Positions 16,745-26,994 of a DNA stretch of 29,596 nucleotides are shown one piece after another (position 1 is the first letter of the stretch; the number at the start of each line of letters is the position of its first letter). The translations under genes and the position numbers were made by a program. The notes beneath the pieces are model-generated. The model saw nothing but the letters and a program-made list of their open reading frames with translations, was not told the origin of the DNA and made no database searches. Origin of the DNA: a virus (lineage: Duplodnaviria > Heunggongvirae > Uroviricota > Caudoviricetes); the IMG/VR virus record IMGVR_UViG_2541047905_000021; one strand, written 5' to 3'.

Positions 16745-17088
16745 CAGTGCGTTATCTCGGAATGAATCGCAGTGATGGCCTGACTGTCACTGACCTTGAG
16801 CATATCAGCCAGAGTATCGGCGATATCCTGCGTACACCGGTCGGCTCGCGGGTGATGCGTCGTGATTACGGCTCGTTGCTGGCGTCAATGATTGACCAGC
16901 CGCAGACCCCGGCGCTTGAGTTGCAGATTAAGGTCGCCTGTTACATGGCGGTACTGAAATGGGAACCCCGCGTCACCCTGTCATCCGTCACCACGGCGCG
17001 CAGTTTTGACGGGCGAATGACGGTCACGTTAACCGGCCAGCACAACGACACCGGCCAGCCACTTTCGTTAACCATCCCTGTGAGTTGA
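16741..17088 (+). CDS. W: Baseplate protein W
   Basis: 115 aa; overlaps the V stop. Confidence 0.8.
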   Translation: MTVRYLGMNRSDGLTVTDLEHISQSIGDILRTPVGSRVMRRDYGSLLASMIDQPQTPALELQIKVACYMAVLKWEPRVTLSSVTTARSFDGRMTVTLTGQHNDTGQPLSLTIPVS

Positions 17089-17092
17089 AACC

Positions 17093-18001
17093 ATGCCGAT
17101 TATCGACCTGAACCAGCTACCCGCACCGGATGTGGTCGAGGAGCTGGACTTTGAAACCATTCTTGCCGAACGCAAGGCGACACTGATTTCCCTTTACCCG
17201 GAAGACCAGCAGGAGGCGGTCGCCCGTACCCTGACGCTGGAATCTGAGCCTCTCGTCAAACTGCTGGAGGAAAATGCTTATCGTGAGCTTATCTGGCGTC
17301 AGCGTGTGAATGAGGCCGCACGGGCGGTAATGCTGGCTTGTGCCGCCGGTAATGACCTTGATGTGATTGGTGCCAATTACAACACCACGCGTCTGACTAT
17401 CACCCCGGCAGATGATTCGACTATCCCGCCGACACCGGCAGTGATGGAATCTGATACCGATTATCGTCTGCGTATTCAGCAGGCGTTTGAGGGCTTAAGC
17501 GTCGCCGGGTCGGTGGGAGCCTATCAGTATCATGGTCGCAGTGCCGACGGGCGTGTCGCGGATATCTCTGTCACCAGTCCGTCTCCGGCCTGCGTCACCA
17601 TCTCTGTGCTGTCCCGTGAAAATAACGGTGTCGCATCCGAAGACCTGCTGGCGGTGGTGCGTAACGCCCTTAATGGCGAGGACGTCAGACCGGTGGCCGA
17701 CCGCGTGACCGTGCAGTCTGCCGCCATCGTTGAATACCAGATAAACGCCACGCTTTACCTTTACCCTGGTCCCGAAAGCGAACCCATTCGCGCGGCCGCC
17801 GTGAAAAAGCTGGAAGCGTACATCACGGCACAGCACCGGCTGGGGCGCGACATCCGTCTGTCTGCCATTTATGCCGCTTTGCATGTGGAAGGCGTGCAGC
17901 GTGTCGAACTGACTGCACCGCTGGCCGACATCGTGCTCAACAGTACGCAGGCGTCTTTCTGTACCGAATACCGCGTCGTGACCGGAGGCTCGGATGAGTG
18001 A
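17093..18001 (+). CDS. J: Baseplate protein J
   Basis: 302 aa, P2 gpJ size and position. Confidence 0.85.
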   Translation: MPIIDLNQLPAPDVVEELDFETILAERKATLISLYPEDQQEAVARTLTLESEPLVKLLEENAYRELIWRQRVNEAARAVMLACAAGNDLDVIGANYNTTRLTITPADDSTIPPTPAVMESDTDYRLRIQQAFEGLSVAGSVGAYQYHGRSADGRVADISVTSPSPACVTISVLSRENNGVASEDLLAVVRNALNGEDVRPVADRVTVQSAAIVEYQINATLYLYPGPESEPIRAAAVKKLEAYITAQHRLGRDIRLSAIYAALHVEGVQRVELTAPLADIVLNSTQASFCTEYRVVTGGSDE

Positions 18002-18524
18002 TTCGCGACTGCTGCCGACCGGCTCATCACCGCTTGAAGTTGCTGCCGCAAAAGCCTGTGCGGAAATTGAAAAAACGCCGGTCAGGATTCGTGAACTGTG
18101 GAACCCGGATACCTGTCCGGCAAATCTGCTGCCGTGGCTGGCGTGGGCGTTTTCGGTCGACAGGTGGGATGAAAAGTGGCCGGAAGCGACAAAACGCGCC
18201 GTTATCCGCGATGCCTATTTCATCCACTGTCATAAAGGCACTATAGGCGCAATCCGGCGTGTGGTGGAGCCGCTCGGTTATCTCATTAACGTAAAGGAAT
18301 GGTGGGAGACAAACGACCCGCCCGGAACCTTCCGCCTTGATATCGGCGTACTGGAAAGCGGCATCACGGAGGAGATGTATCTGGAAATGGAACGGCTGAT
18401 TGCCGATGCCAAACCCGCAAGTCGCCACCTTATCGGTCTGAACATTATCCAGGACATTCCCGGCTGTCTGTATACAGGCGGTGTGGTCTGTGATGGTGAT
18501 GTTATTACTGTTTATCCCGGATAA
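17994..18524 (+). CDS. I: Baseplate protein I
   Basis: 176 aa; GGAGG Shine-Dalgarno at 17984-17988. Confidence 0.8.
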   Translation: MSDSRLLPTGSSPLEVAAAKACAEIEKTPVRIRELWNPDTCPANLLPWLAWAFSVDRWDEKWPEATKRAVIRDAYFIHCHKGTIGAIRRVVEPLGYLINVKEWWETNDPPGTFRLDIGVLESGITEEMYLEMERLIADAKPASRHLIGLNIIQDIPGCLYTGGVVCDGDVITVYPG

Positions 18525-18534
18525 GTGAGAAACA

Positions 18535-21144
18535 ATGAGCACGAAATTTAAAACCGTTATCACTACTGCCGGAGCCGCAAAGCTGGCAGCCGCCACTGTC
18601 CCCGGCGGGAAAAAAGTAAACCTGTCTGCAATGGCCGTGGGTGACGGTAATGGCAAATTGCCGGTGCCGGATGCCGGTCAGACGAAGCTGGTGCATGAGG
18701 TCTGGCGTCATGCCCTGAATAAAGTCAGCGTGGATAATAAGAATAAAAACTATATCGTGGCTGAACTGGTTGTTCCGCCAGAAGTGGGCGGCTTCTGGAT
18801 GCGTGAGCTTGGTCTGTATGACGATGCCGGAACACTGATTGCGGTATCCAACATGGCAGAAAGCTATAAGCCAGAACTGGCTGAAGGCTCAGGACGTGCG
18901 CAGACCTGCCGCATGGTTATTATTCTCAGCAACGTGGCGTCCGTTGAGCTGAGTATTGATGCCAGCACAGTGATGGCGACGCAGGATTACGTCGATGACA
19001 AAATCGCAGAGCATGAGCAGTCCCGCCGCCATCCTGACGCCACGCTGACAGAAAAAGGTTTTACTCAGTTAAGCAGTGCAACAAACAGCACCAGTGAAAA
19101 GCTGGCGGCAACGCCAAAAGCGGTCAAGGCAGCAAATGACAACGCAAATTCACGTCTGGCGAAAAATCAGAACGGTGCAGATATCCAGGATAAATCAGCT
19201 TTTCTGGACAATATTGGTGTTACCAGCCTGACGTTTATGAAAAACAACGGCGAAATGCCTGTTGATGCCGACCTGAATACATTTGGTCCTGTTAAGGCTT
19301 ATTCAGGTATCTGGTCTAAAGCAACATCCACCAACGCAACACTGGAGAAAAACTTCCCTGAAGATAATGCTGTCGGTGTGCTTGAGGTTTTTACTGGCGG
19401 CAATTTTGCAGGCACGCAACGCTATACCACACGTGACGGAAATTTGTATATCCGCAAACTCATTGGAACATGGAATGGTAATGATGGACCATGGGGAGCA
19501 TGGCGCCATGTTCAGGCTGTAACGCGAGCTCTAAGTACGACCATTGACCTTAACTCTCTCGGTGGCGCAGAACATTTAGGTCTATGGAGAAACAGCAGTT
19601 CAGCAATAGCTTCTTTTGAACGACATTACCCCGAGCAGGGAGGAGACGCGCAGGGCATTCTGGAAATTTTCGAAGGTGGGCGATATGGACGCACACAGCG
19701 TTATACAACCAGTAACGGGACTATGTATATTCGCGGCCTGACAGCCAAATGGGATGCAGAAAATCCACAGTGGGAAGACTGGATCCAAATTGGTTATCAG
19801 ACCAGTAGTACCTTCTATGAGGATGACCTGGATGATTTGATGTCTCCGGGTATTTACAGTGTGACAGGCAAAGCGACCCACACCCCAATCCAGGGGCAGT
19901 CTGGTTTTCTGGAAGTCATCAGGCGCAAGGATGGTGTCTATGTTTTGCAACGTTACACGACCACAGGAACCAGCGCAGCTACAAAAGACCGTTTATATGA
20001 GCGAGTGTTTCTTGGTGGCTCATTTAACGCGTGGGGGGAGTGGCGACAGATTTATAACTCAAACTCTTTGCCGTTAGAGTTGGGTATCGGTGGCGCAGTG
20101 GCAAAACTCACCAGCCTGGACTGGCAGACATACGATTTTGTGCCGGGCAGTCTGATAACCGTTCGGCTGGATAACATGACCAATATTCCCGACGGTATGG
20201 ACTGGGGCGTCATTGATGGCAACCTGATAAACATCTCAGTCGGTCCGAGTGATGATTCTGGTTCGGGACGCTCAATGCATGTATGGCGCAGCACTGTAAG
20301 TAAAGCCAACTACCGCTTTTTTATGGTGCGTATTTCAGGAAATCCGGGAAGCCGCACGATTACAGCAAGACGAGTACCAATCATTGACGAAGCCCAGACA
20401 TGGGGCGCGAAACAGACATTCAGTGCTGGCCTTTCTGGTGAACTGTCCGGCAATGCGGCGACAGCAACAAAGCTGAAAACGGCAAGGACAATTAACGGCG
20501 TAAAATTTGACGGCTCGGCAAATATTGAAGCGTTTCCGCCAGGTGTTCCGCTGCCGTGGCCATCAGATACACCACCTGCAGGCTATGCAATTATGCAGGG
20601 GCAGACGTTTGATAAGGCAGCATATCCTAAACTGGCTATTGCCTATCCTTCTGGTGTTATTCCAGATATGCGCGGCTGGACAATCAAGGGCAAACCCGCC
20701 AGTGGACGTGCTGTATTGTCACAGGAACAGGACGGGATTAAATCGCATACTCACAGCGCCAGTGCGTCAAATACGGATTTAGGGACGAAAACGACCAGTT
20801 CATTTGATTACGGCACGAAGACAGTCAGTACGTTTAACCATGGCACAAAATCAACGAACAATACGGGCAATCATACGCACACTGTCGGTGGTGTTTATGG
20901 CGGCGACTCTGTCGGTGGAAAACAGCGTGTACAGGCTTCAGGAAACAATCAGGTGTCCAGCACAGCCGGAGCGCACGCCCATACGGTGGATATTGGTCAG
21001 CATAACCACACTGTAGGTATTGGTGCCCATGCACACACTGTAGCATTAGGTGCGCACGGGCACACCATCACGGTAAATGCTACGGGTAATACCGAAAACA
21101 CCGTCAAAAACATCGCATTTAACTATATTGTGAGGCTTGCATAA
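18535..21144 (+). CDS. H: Tail fibre protein (conserved N-terminus, mosaic C-terminus)
   Basis: 869 aa; first ~200 residues match remembered P2 gpH ([19 protein letters not shown]...[16 protein letters not shown]...). The C-terminal part carries three tandem ~55-aa repeats, a tail-collar-like motif and His-x-His repeats. Confidence 0.85.
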   Translation: MSTKFKTVITTAGAAKLAAATVPGGKKVNLSAMAVGDGNGKLPVPDAGQTKLVHEVWRHALNKVSVDNKNKNYIVAELVVPPEVGGFWMRELGLYDDAGTLIAVSNMAESYKPELAEGSGRAQTCRMVIILSNVASVELSIDASTVMATQDYVDDKIAEHEQSRRHPDATLTEKGFTQLSSATNSTSEKLAATPKAVKAANDNANSRLAKNQNGADIQDKSAFLDNIGVTSLTFMKNNGEMPVDADLNTFGPVKAYSGIWSKATSTNATLEKNFPEDNAVGVLEVFTGGNFAGTQRYTTRDGNLYIRKLIGTWNGNDGPWGAWRHVQAVTRALSTTIDLNSLGGAEHLGLWRNSSSAIASFERHYPEQGGDAQGILEIFEGGRYGRTQRYTTSNGTMYIRGLTAKWDAENPQWEDWIQIGYQTSSTFYEDDLDDLMSPGIYSVTGKATHTPIQGQSGFLEVIRRKDGVYVLQRYTTTGTSAATKDRLYERVFLGGSFNAWGEWRQIYNSNSLPLELGIGGAVAKLTSLDWQTYDFVPGSLITVRLDNMTNIPDGMDWGVIDGNLINISVGPSDDSGSGRSMHVWRSTVSKANYRFFMVRISGNPGSRTITARRVPIIDEAQTWGAKQTFSAGLSGELSGNAATATKLKTARTINGVKFDGSANIEAFPPGVPLPWPSDTPPAGYAIMQGQTFDKAAYPKLAIAYPSGVIPDMRGWTIKGKPASGRAVLSQEQDGIKSHTHSASASNTDLGTKTTSSFDYGTKTVSTFNHGTKSTNNTGNHTHTVGGVYGGDSVGGKQRVQASGNNQVSSTAGAHAHTVDIGQHNHTVGIGAHAHTVALGAHGHTITVNATGNTENTVKNIAFNYIVRLA

Positions 21145-21722
21145 TGGCTTTCAGAATGAGTGCAGAAGCACAAACTATCCGCGTTTTCAATTTACTTAAT
21201 GGAACCAATGAGTTTATTGGCGAAAGTGATGCATATATTCCGCCGTATACTGGCCTGCCTGCAAACAGTACAGATATTGCACCACCTGATATTCCTGCTG
21301 GTTATGCAGCCGTTTTCAATGCAGATGAAATGAAATGGGAACTGATGGAAGACCATCGCGGAAAGACCGTCTACGAAACGAAAACAGGAGCAGCCATTTA
21401 TATTTCTGAACTTGGCGTATTACCTCCAGACGTGACAGCTATTTCCCCGGAGGGGGATTATCAGAAATGGGACGGAAATGCGTGGGTGAATGATGAGAAT
21501 GCAGAACGTGATGCGCTTGTCAGAGCGGCGGAGTCTCAGAAGAAAGAGCAGATTGCATATGCAGGTGAAATTATTGCCACTCTGCAGGATGCTGTCGATT
21601 TAGATATGGCTACCGAGGAAGAAAAGTTAAGCCTGACACACTGGAAAAAATACCGTGTGCTACTGAATCGCGTTCAGCCGGAAAATGCCCCGGATATTGA
21701 ATGGCCGGAACTACCGCAATAA
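21144..21722 (+). CDS. G: Tail fibre assembly chaperone
   Basis: 192 aa immediately after H with overlapping stop/start, the usual fibre-chaperone arrangement. Confidence 0.7.
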   Translation: MAFRMSAEAQTIRVFNLLNGTNEFIGESDAYIPPYTGLPANSTDIAPPDIPAGYAAVFNADEMKWELMEDHRGKTVYETKTGAAIYISELGVLPPDVTAISPEGDYQKWDGNAWVNDENAERDALVRAAESQKKEQIAYAGEIIATLQDAVDLDMATEEEKLSLTHWKKYRVLLNRVQPENAPDIEWPELPQ

Positions 21723-21728
21723 ACACAG

Positions 21729-21750
21729 GCGGGCTTATTGTCCGCTTTTT
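21729..21750 (+). terminator. Intrinsic terminator after G
   Basis: GCGGGC-ttatt-GTCCGC hairpin (one G-U pair) followed by TTTTT. Confidence 0.45.
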
Positions 21751-21762
21751 CTTTATCGGTGG

Positions 21763-21784
21763 TTGTGCTGTCGATTAGCCAACC
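21763..21784 (+). promoter_or_regulatory. Candidate Ogr-dependent late-promoter element upstream of FI
   Basis: TTGTGctgtcGATtAGCCAaCC, about 80 bp upstream of the FI ATG; same motif as at 9749-9770. Confidence 0.4.
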
Positions 21785-21854
21785 GGGACAAATAGCCTGA
21801 CATCTCCGGCACAACTGAAAATACCACTCACCCATTAACCACGGAGTTAAACGG

Positions 21855-23045
21855 ATGAGTGACTATCATCACGGCGTGCAGGTGCTGGAGATTAACGACG
21901 GCACCCGCGTCATTTCCACCGTATCTACTGCCATTGTCGGCATGGTCTGCACGGCCAGCGATGCGGATGCGGAAACCTTCCCCCTCAATAAACCGGTGCT
22001 GATTACCAATGTGCAGAGCGCAATTGCAAAGGCTGGTAAAAAAGGCACGCTGGCGGCATCGTTGCAGGCCATCGCCGACCAGTCAAAACCGGTCACCGTT
22101 GTCGTGCGTGTGGAAGACGGCACCGGCGACGACGAGGAAACGAAACTCGCGCAGACCGTTTCCAATATCATCGGCACCACCGACGAAAACGGTCAGTACA
22201 CCGGACTGAAAGCCCTGCTGGCGGCGGAGTCGGTAACCGGTGTTAAACCGCGTATTCTCGGCGTGCCGGGACTGGACACCAAAGAGGTGGCTGTTGCACT
22301 GGCATCAGTCTGTCAGAAGCTGCGCGCTTTCGGGTATATCAGCGCATGGGGCTGTAAAACTATTTCCGAGGTGAAAGCCTACCGCCAGAATTTCAGCCAG
22401 CGTGAGTTGATGGTCATCTGGCCGGATTTCCTCGCATGGGATACGGTCACCAGTACCACCGCCACCGCGTATGCCACCGCCCGTGCGCTGGGTCTGCGCG
22501 CTAAAATCGACCAGGAGCAGGGCTGGCATAAAACACTGTCCAACGTTGGGGTGAACGGTGTTACCGGCATCAGCGCATCTGTATTCTGGGATTTGCAGGA
22601 GTCCGGCACCGATGCTGACCTGCTTAACGAGTCAGGCGTCACAACACTGATTCGCCGTGACGGTTTCCGCTTCTGGGGTAACCGTACCTGCTCTGATGAC
22701 CCGCTGTTCCTCTTTGAAAACTACACCCGCACCGCGCAGGTACTGGCCGACACGATGGCTGAGGCGCACATGTGGGCGGTGGACAAGCCCATCACCGCAA
22801 CGCTGATTCGCGACATCGTTGACGGCATCAATGCCAAATTCCGAGAGCTGAAAACAAACGGCTATATCGTGGATGCGACCTGCTGGTTCAGTGAAGAATC
22901 CAACGATGCGGAAACCCTCAAGGCCGGAAAACTGTATATCGACTACGACTATACCCCGGTGCCTCCTCTTGAAAACCTGACCCTGCGCCAGCGTATTACT
23001 GATAAATACCTGGCAAATCTGGTCACCTCGGTTAACAGCAATTAA
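21855..23045 (+). CDS. FI: Tail sheath protein
   Basis: 396 aa, GGAG Shine-Dalgarno; P2 gpFI size and position. Confidence 0.9.
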   Translation: MSDYHHGVQVLEINDGTRVISTVSTAIVGMVCTASDADAETFPLNKPVLITNVQSAIAKAGKKGTLAASLQAIADQSKPVTVVVRVEDGTGDDEETKLAQTVSNIIGTTDENGQYTGLKALLAAESVTGVKPRILGVPGLDTKEVAVALASVCQKLRAFGYISAWGCKTISEVKAYRQNFSQRELMVIWPDFLAWDTVTSTTATAYATARALGLRAKIDQEQGWHKTLSNVGVNGVTGISASVFWDLQESGTDADLLNESGVTTLIRRDGFRFWGNRTCSDDPLFLFENYTRTAQVLADTMAEAHMWAVDKPITATLIRDIVDGINAKFRELKTNGYIVDATCWFSEESNDAETLKAGKLYIDYDYTPVPPLENLTLRQRITDKYLANLVTSVNSN

Positions 23046-23057
23046 GGAGCCTGACCG

Positions 23058-23576
23058 ATGGCAATGCCGCGCAAACTCAAGTTAATGAACGTCTTTCTGA
23101 ACGGCTACAGCTATCAGGGCGTTGCAAAGTCCGTCACGCTGCCAAAACTGACCCGTAAGCTCGAAAACTATCGCGGTGCGGGGATGAACGGCAGCGCACC
23201 GGTAGACCTCGGCCTTGATGACGATGCGCTGTCAATGGAGTGGTCGCTCGGGGGCTTCCCGGATTCGGTTATCTGGGAGCTTTACGCCGCAACCGGCGTG
23301 GATGCCGTGCCGATTCGTTTTGCAGGCTCTTACCAGCGCGACGATACCGGCGAAACGGTGGCCGTCGAAGTGGTCATGCGTGGACGTCAGAAAGAAATCG
23401 ACACCGGCGAGGGCAAACAGGGAGAAGACACCGAGTCGAAAATCTCCGTGGTCTGCACCTATTTCCGGCTGACGATGGACGGTAAGGAGCTGGTCGAAAT
23501 TGACACCATCAACATGATTGAAAAGGTGAACGGCGTCGACCGGCTGGAGCAACACCGCCGCAATATCGGCCTGTGA
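23058..23576 (+). CDS. FII: Tail tube protein
   Basis: 172 aa, AAGGAG Shine-Dalgarno at 23043-23048. Confidence 0.9.
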   Translation: MAMPRKLKLMNVFLNGYSYQGVAKSVTLPKLTRKLENYRGAGMNGSAPVDLGLDDDALSMEWSLGGFPDSVIWELYAATGVDAVPIRFAGSYQRDDTGETVAVEVVMRGRQKEIDTGEGKQGEDTESKISVVCTYFRLTMDGKELVEIDTINMIEKVNGVDRLEQHRRNIGL

Positions 23577-23632
23577 TTTTCATCCGGTCAGCCTGGCTGG
23601 CCGGTTAACCCTGATTCAGAAGTGAGAAAACC

Positions 23633-23908
23633 ATGAACAAAGAAAATGTCATTACCCTGGACAATCCGGTCAAACGTGGTGAGCAGGTTATCGAACAGGT
23701 CACGCTGATGAAACCCAATGCCGGGACGCTACGCGGTGTCAGTCTGGCTGCGGTTGCAAACTCCGAAGTCGATGCACTGATTAAGGTGCTGCCGCGCATG
23801 ACGGCACCGATGCTGACCGAGCAGGAAGTCGCCGCGCTGGAACTGCCTGACCTTGTGGCGCTGGCCGGTAAGGTGGTCGGTTTTTTGTCGCCGAACTCGG
23901 TGCAGTGA
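23633..23908 (+). CDS. E: Tail assembly chaperone E
   Basis: 91 aa; contains the slippery heptamer T_TTT_TTG (23881-23887) near its 3' end. Confidence 0.8.
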   Translation: MNKENVITLDNPVKRGEQVIEQVTLMKPNAGTLRGVSLAAVANSEVDALIKVLPRMTAPMLTEQEVAALELPDLVALAGKVVGFLSPNSVQ

Positions 23909-24060
23909 CGTTTCCAAAAAATCTCTCGGTCGATGACCTGATGGCGGATGTGGCAGTGATATTTCACTGGCCGCCATCAGAACTGTATCCCATGAGCCTG
24001 ACCGAACTCATCACATGGCGCGAAAAGGCGCTCCGGCGAAGCGGAAACACGAATGAGTAA
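23633..24060 (+). CDS. E: E+E' fusion made by programmed -1 ribosomal frameshift at 23881-23887
   Basis: After a -1 slip on TTTTTTG the frame stays open to TAA at 24058-24060, encoding ...VAELGAVTFPKNLSVDDLMADVAVIFHWPPSELYPMSLTELITWREKALRRSGNTNE; analogous to P2 E/E' and lambda G/GT. Confidence 0.6.
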
Positions 24061-26500
24061 CAATGTAAAATTACAGGTATTGCTCAGGGCTGTTGACCAG
24101 GCATCCCGCCCGTTTAAATCCATCCGCACAGCGAGTAAGTCGCTGTCGGGGGATATCCGGGAAACACAAAAATCACTGCGCGAGCTGAACGGTCACGCAT
24201 CCCGTATTGAGGGATTTCGCAAGACCAGCGCACAGCTTGCCGTGACTGGTCATGCACTTGAAAAGGCACGGCAGGAAGCCGAAGCCCTTGCCACACAGTT
24301 TAAAAACACTGAACGTCCGACCCGTGCTCAGGCGAAAGTGCTGGAATCCGCAAAGCGTGCGGCGGAGGACTTACAGGCGAAATATAACCGCCTGACAGAT
24401 TCCATTAAACGCCAGCAGCGGGAACTGGCCGCTGTGGGAATTAATACCCGCAATCTTGCACATGATGAGCAGGGACTGAAAAACCGTATCAGTGAAACCA
24501 CCGCACAGCTTAACCGTCAGCGTGACGCGCTGGCGCGTGTCAGTGCACAACAGGCAAAACTTAACGCAGTAAAACAGCGTTATCAGGCCGGAAAGGAACT
24601 GGCCGGAAATATGGCCTCAGTGGGCGCTGCCGGTGTGGGGATTGCTGCTGCGGGAACGATGGCCGGAGTTAAGTTGCTGATGCCCGGTTATGAGTTTGCG
24701 CAGAAAAACTCAGAATTGCAGGCTGTGCTCGGTGTGGCAAAAGACTCCGCCGAAATGGCTGCACTACGCAAGCAGGCGCGCCAGCTCGGCGACAATACCG
24801 CAGCCTCGGCAGATGATGCAGCCGGTGCGCAGATTATTATTGCGAAAGCCGGTGGGGATGTTGATGCCATTCAGGCGGCAACGCCGGTCACGCTGAATAT
24901 GGCGCTGGCGAACCGTCGCACGATGGAAGAAAACGCCGCCCTGCTGATGGGGATGAAATCCGCCTTTCAGCTTTCAAACGATAAGGTCGCTCATATCGGG
25001 GATGTTCTCTCCATGACGATGAACAAAACCGCCGCCGATTTTGACGGTATGAGCGATGCGCTGACCTATGCCGCACCAGTGGCAAAAAATGCCGGTGTCA
25101 GCATTGAAGAAACCGCCGCAATGGTCGGGGCGCTGCATGACGCAAAAATTACTGGTTCAATGGCGGGGACGGGAAGCCGTGCCGTGTTAAGCCGCCTGCA
25201 GGCACCGACGGGAAAAGCATGGGATGCACTCAAAGAGCTTGGTGTGAAAACCTCAGACAGCAAGGGAAATACCCGACCAGTATTTACCATTCTGAAAGAA
25301 ATGCAGGCCAGTTTTGAGAAAAACCGGCTCGGTACTGCCCAGCAGGCTGAATACATGAAAACTATTTTCGGGGAGGAGGCCAGCTCAGCCGCCGCCGTGC
25401 TGATGACTGCCGCCTCAACTGGAAAGCTGGACAAACTGACCGCTGCGTTTAAAGCCTCAGACGGGAAGACCGCTGAGCTGGTAAATATCATGCAGGACAA
25501 CCTCGGCGGTGACTTTAAGGAGTTTCAGTCCGCTTATGAGGCGGTGGGGACTGACCTGTTTGACCAGCAGGAAGGCGCACTGCGTAAGCTCACGCAGACG
25601 GCCACAAAGTATGTGTTAAAACTCGACGGCTGGATACAGAAAAACAAATCACTGGCGTCAACCATCGGCATCATTGTCGGTGGTGCACTGGCGCTGATTG
25701 GTGTCATCGGTGCCATTGGCCTCGTAGCCTGGCCGGTTATCACCGGCATCAATGCCATCATCGCGGCAGCAGGCGCAATGGGAGCAATCTTCACGACGGT
25801 TGGCAGTGCTGTTATGACGGCCATCGGGGCGATTAGCTGGCCGGTTGTGGCCGTGGTGGCCGCCATTGTCGCCGGGGCGTTACTTATCCGTAAATACTGG
25901 GAGCCTGTCAGCGCATTCTTTGGCGGTGTGGTTGAAGGGCTGAAAGCGGCATTTGCGCCGGTGGGGGAACTGTTCACGCCACTTAAGCCGGTGTTTGACT
26001 GGCTGGGCGAAAAGTTACAGGCCGCGTGGCAGTGGTTTAAAAACCTGATTGCCCCGGTCAAAGCCACCCGGGACACCCTGAACCGTTGCCGTGATACGGG
26101 CGTCATGTTCGGGCAGGCACTGGCTGACGCGTTGATGCTGCCGCTTAATGCGTTCAACAAACTGCGCAGCGGTATTGACTGGGTACTGGAAAAACTCGGT
26201 GTTATCAACAAAGAGTCAGGCACGCTTGACCAGACCGCCGCCAGAACTCATGCCGCCACGTATGGCACCGGTGGTTATATTCCGGCGACCAGCTCTTATG
26301 CAGGCTATCAGGCTTATCAGCCGGTCACGGCACCGGCTGGCCGCTCTTATGTGGACCAGAGTAAAAACGAATATCACATCAGCCTGACGGGTGGTACTGC
26401 ACCGGGGACACAGCTTGACCGCCAGTTACAGGATGCGCTCGAAAAATACGAGCGGGATAAACGTGCGCGCGCCCGTGCCAGCATGATGCATGACGGTTAA
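24053..26500 (+). CDS. T: Tail tape-measure protein
   Basis: 815 aa, coiled-coil-rich N-terminal half and hydrophobic Gly/Ala-rich segment; start overlaps the E' end. Confidence 0.85.
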   Translation: MSNNVKLQVLLRAVDQASRPFKSIRTASKSLSGDIRETQKSLRELNGHASRIEGFRKTSAQLAVTGHALEKARQEAEALATQFKNTERPTRAQAKVLESAKRAAEDLQAKYNRLTDSIKRQQRELAAVGINTRNLAHDEQGLKNRISETTAQLNRQRDALARVSAQQAKLNAVKQRYQAGKELAGNMASVGAAGVGIAAAGTMAGVKLLMPGYEFAQKNSELQAVLGVAKDSAEMAALRKQARQLGDNTAASADDAAGAQIIIAKAGGDVDAIQAATPVTLNMALANRRTMEENAALLMGMKSAFQLSNDKVAHIGDVLSMTMNKTAADFDGMSDALTYAAPVAKNAGVSIEETAAMVGALHDAKITGSMAGTGSRAVLSRLQAPTGKAWDALKELGVKTSDSKGNTRPVFTILKEMQASFEKNRLGTAQQAEYMKTIFGEEASSAAAVLMTAASTGKLDKLTAAFKASDGKTAELVNIMQDNLGGDFKEFQSAYEAVGTDLFDQQEGALRKLTQTATKYVLKLDGWIQKNKSLASTIGIIVGGALALIGVIGAIGLVAWPVITGINAIIAAAGAMGAIFTTVGSAVMTAIGAISWPVVAVVAAIVAGALLIRKYWEPVSAFFGGVVEGLKAAFAPVGELFTPLKPVFDWLGEKLQAAWQWFKNLIAPVKATRDTLNRCRDTGVMFGQALADALMLPLNAFNKLRSGIDWVLEKLGVINKESGTLDQTAARTHAATYGTGGYIPATSSYAGYQAYQPVTAPAGRSYVDQSKNEYHISLTGGTAPGTQLDRQLQDALEKYERDKRARARASMMHDG

Positions 26501-26514
26501 GGAGGTGACGAAAA

Positions 26515-26994
26515 ATGATGCTCGCGTTAGGTATGTTTGTTTTTATGCGCCAGACGCTGCCACACCAGACCATGCAGCGTGAATCAGATTATCGCTGGCC
26601 GTCAAATTCCCGTATCGGTAAACGGGATGCCTACCAGTTTCTCGGCGTTGGTGAGGAAAACATGACGCTTGCCGGTGTGCTTTATCCCGAACTGACCGGC
26701 GGCAAGCTGACGATGACCACGCTCAGACTGATGGCAGAGGAAGGCCGGGCGTGGCCGTTGCTGGATGGCACCGGCATGATTTACGGCATGTATGTCATCA
26801 GCAAGGTGAGTGAAACAGGGAGTATTTTCTTTGCAGACGGCACACCCCGGAAAATTGATTTTACGCTGTCGCTCACCCGCGTTGATGAATCACTGGCCGC
26901 GCTTTATGGCGATATCGGTAAACAGGCGGAATCGCTCATCGGTAAGGCTGGCAGTATGGCGACTAAATTCACGGGTATGACGGGGGCGGGATAA
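26515..26994 (+). CDS. U: Tail protein U
   Basis: 159 aa; AGGAGG Shine-Dalgarno at 26500-26505. Confidence 0.8.
   Translation: MMLALGMFVFMRQTLPHQTMQRESDYRWPSNSRIGKRDAYQFLGVGEENMTLAGVLYPELTGGKLTMTTLRLMAEEGRAWPLLDGTGMIYGMYVISKVSETGSIFFADGTPRKIDFTLSLTRVDESLAALYGDIGKQAESLIGKAGSMATKFTGMTGAG

Noticed and set aside
20740-21080. Short periodic DNA repeats in the 3' part of H, considered as a possible CRISPR-like or other non-coding repeat array
   Set aside because: They are in-frame coding repeats (His-x-His motifs) inside a continuous 869-codon ORF; no spacer-repeat architecture and no cas genes.
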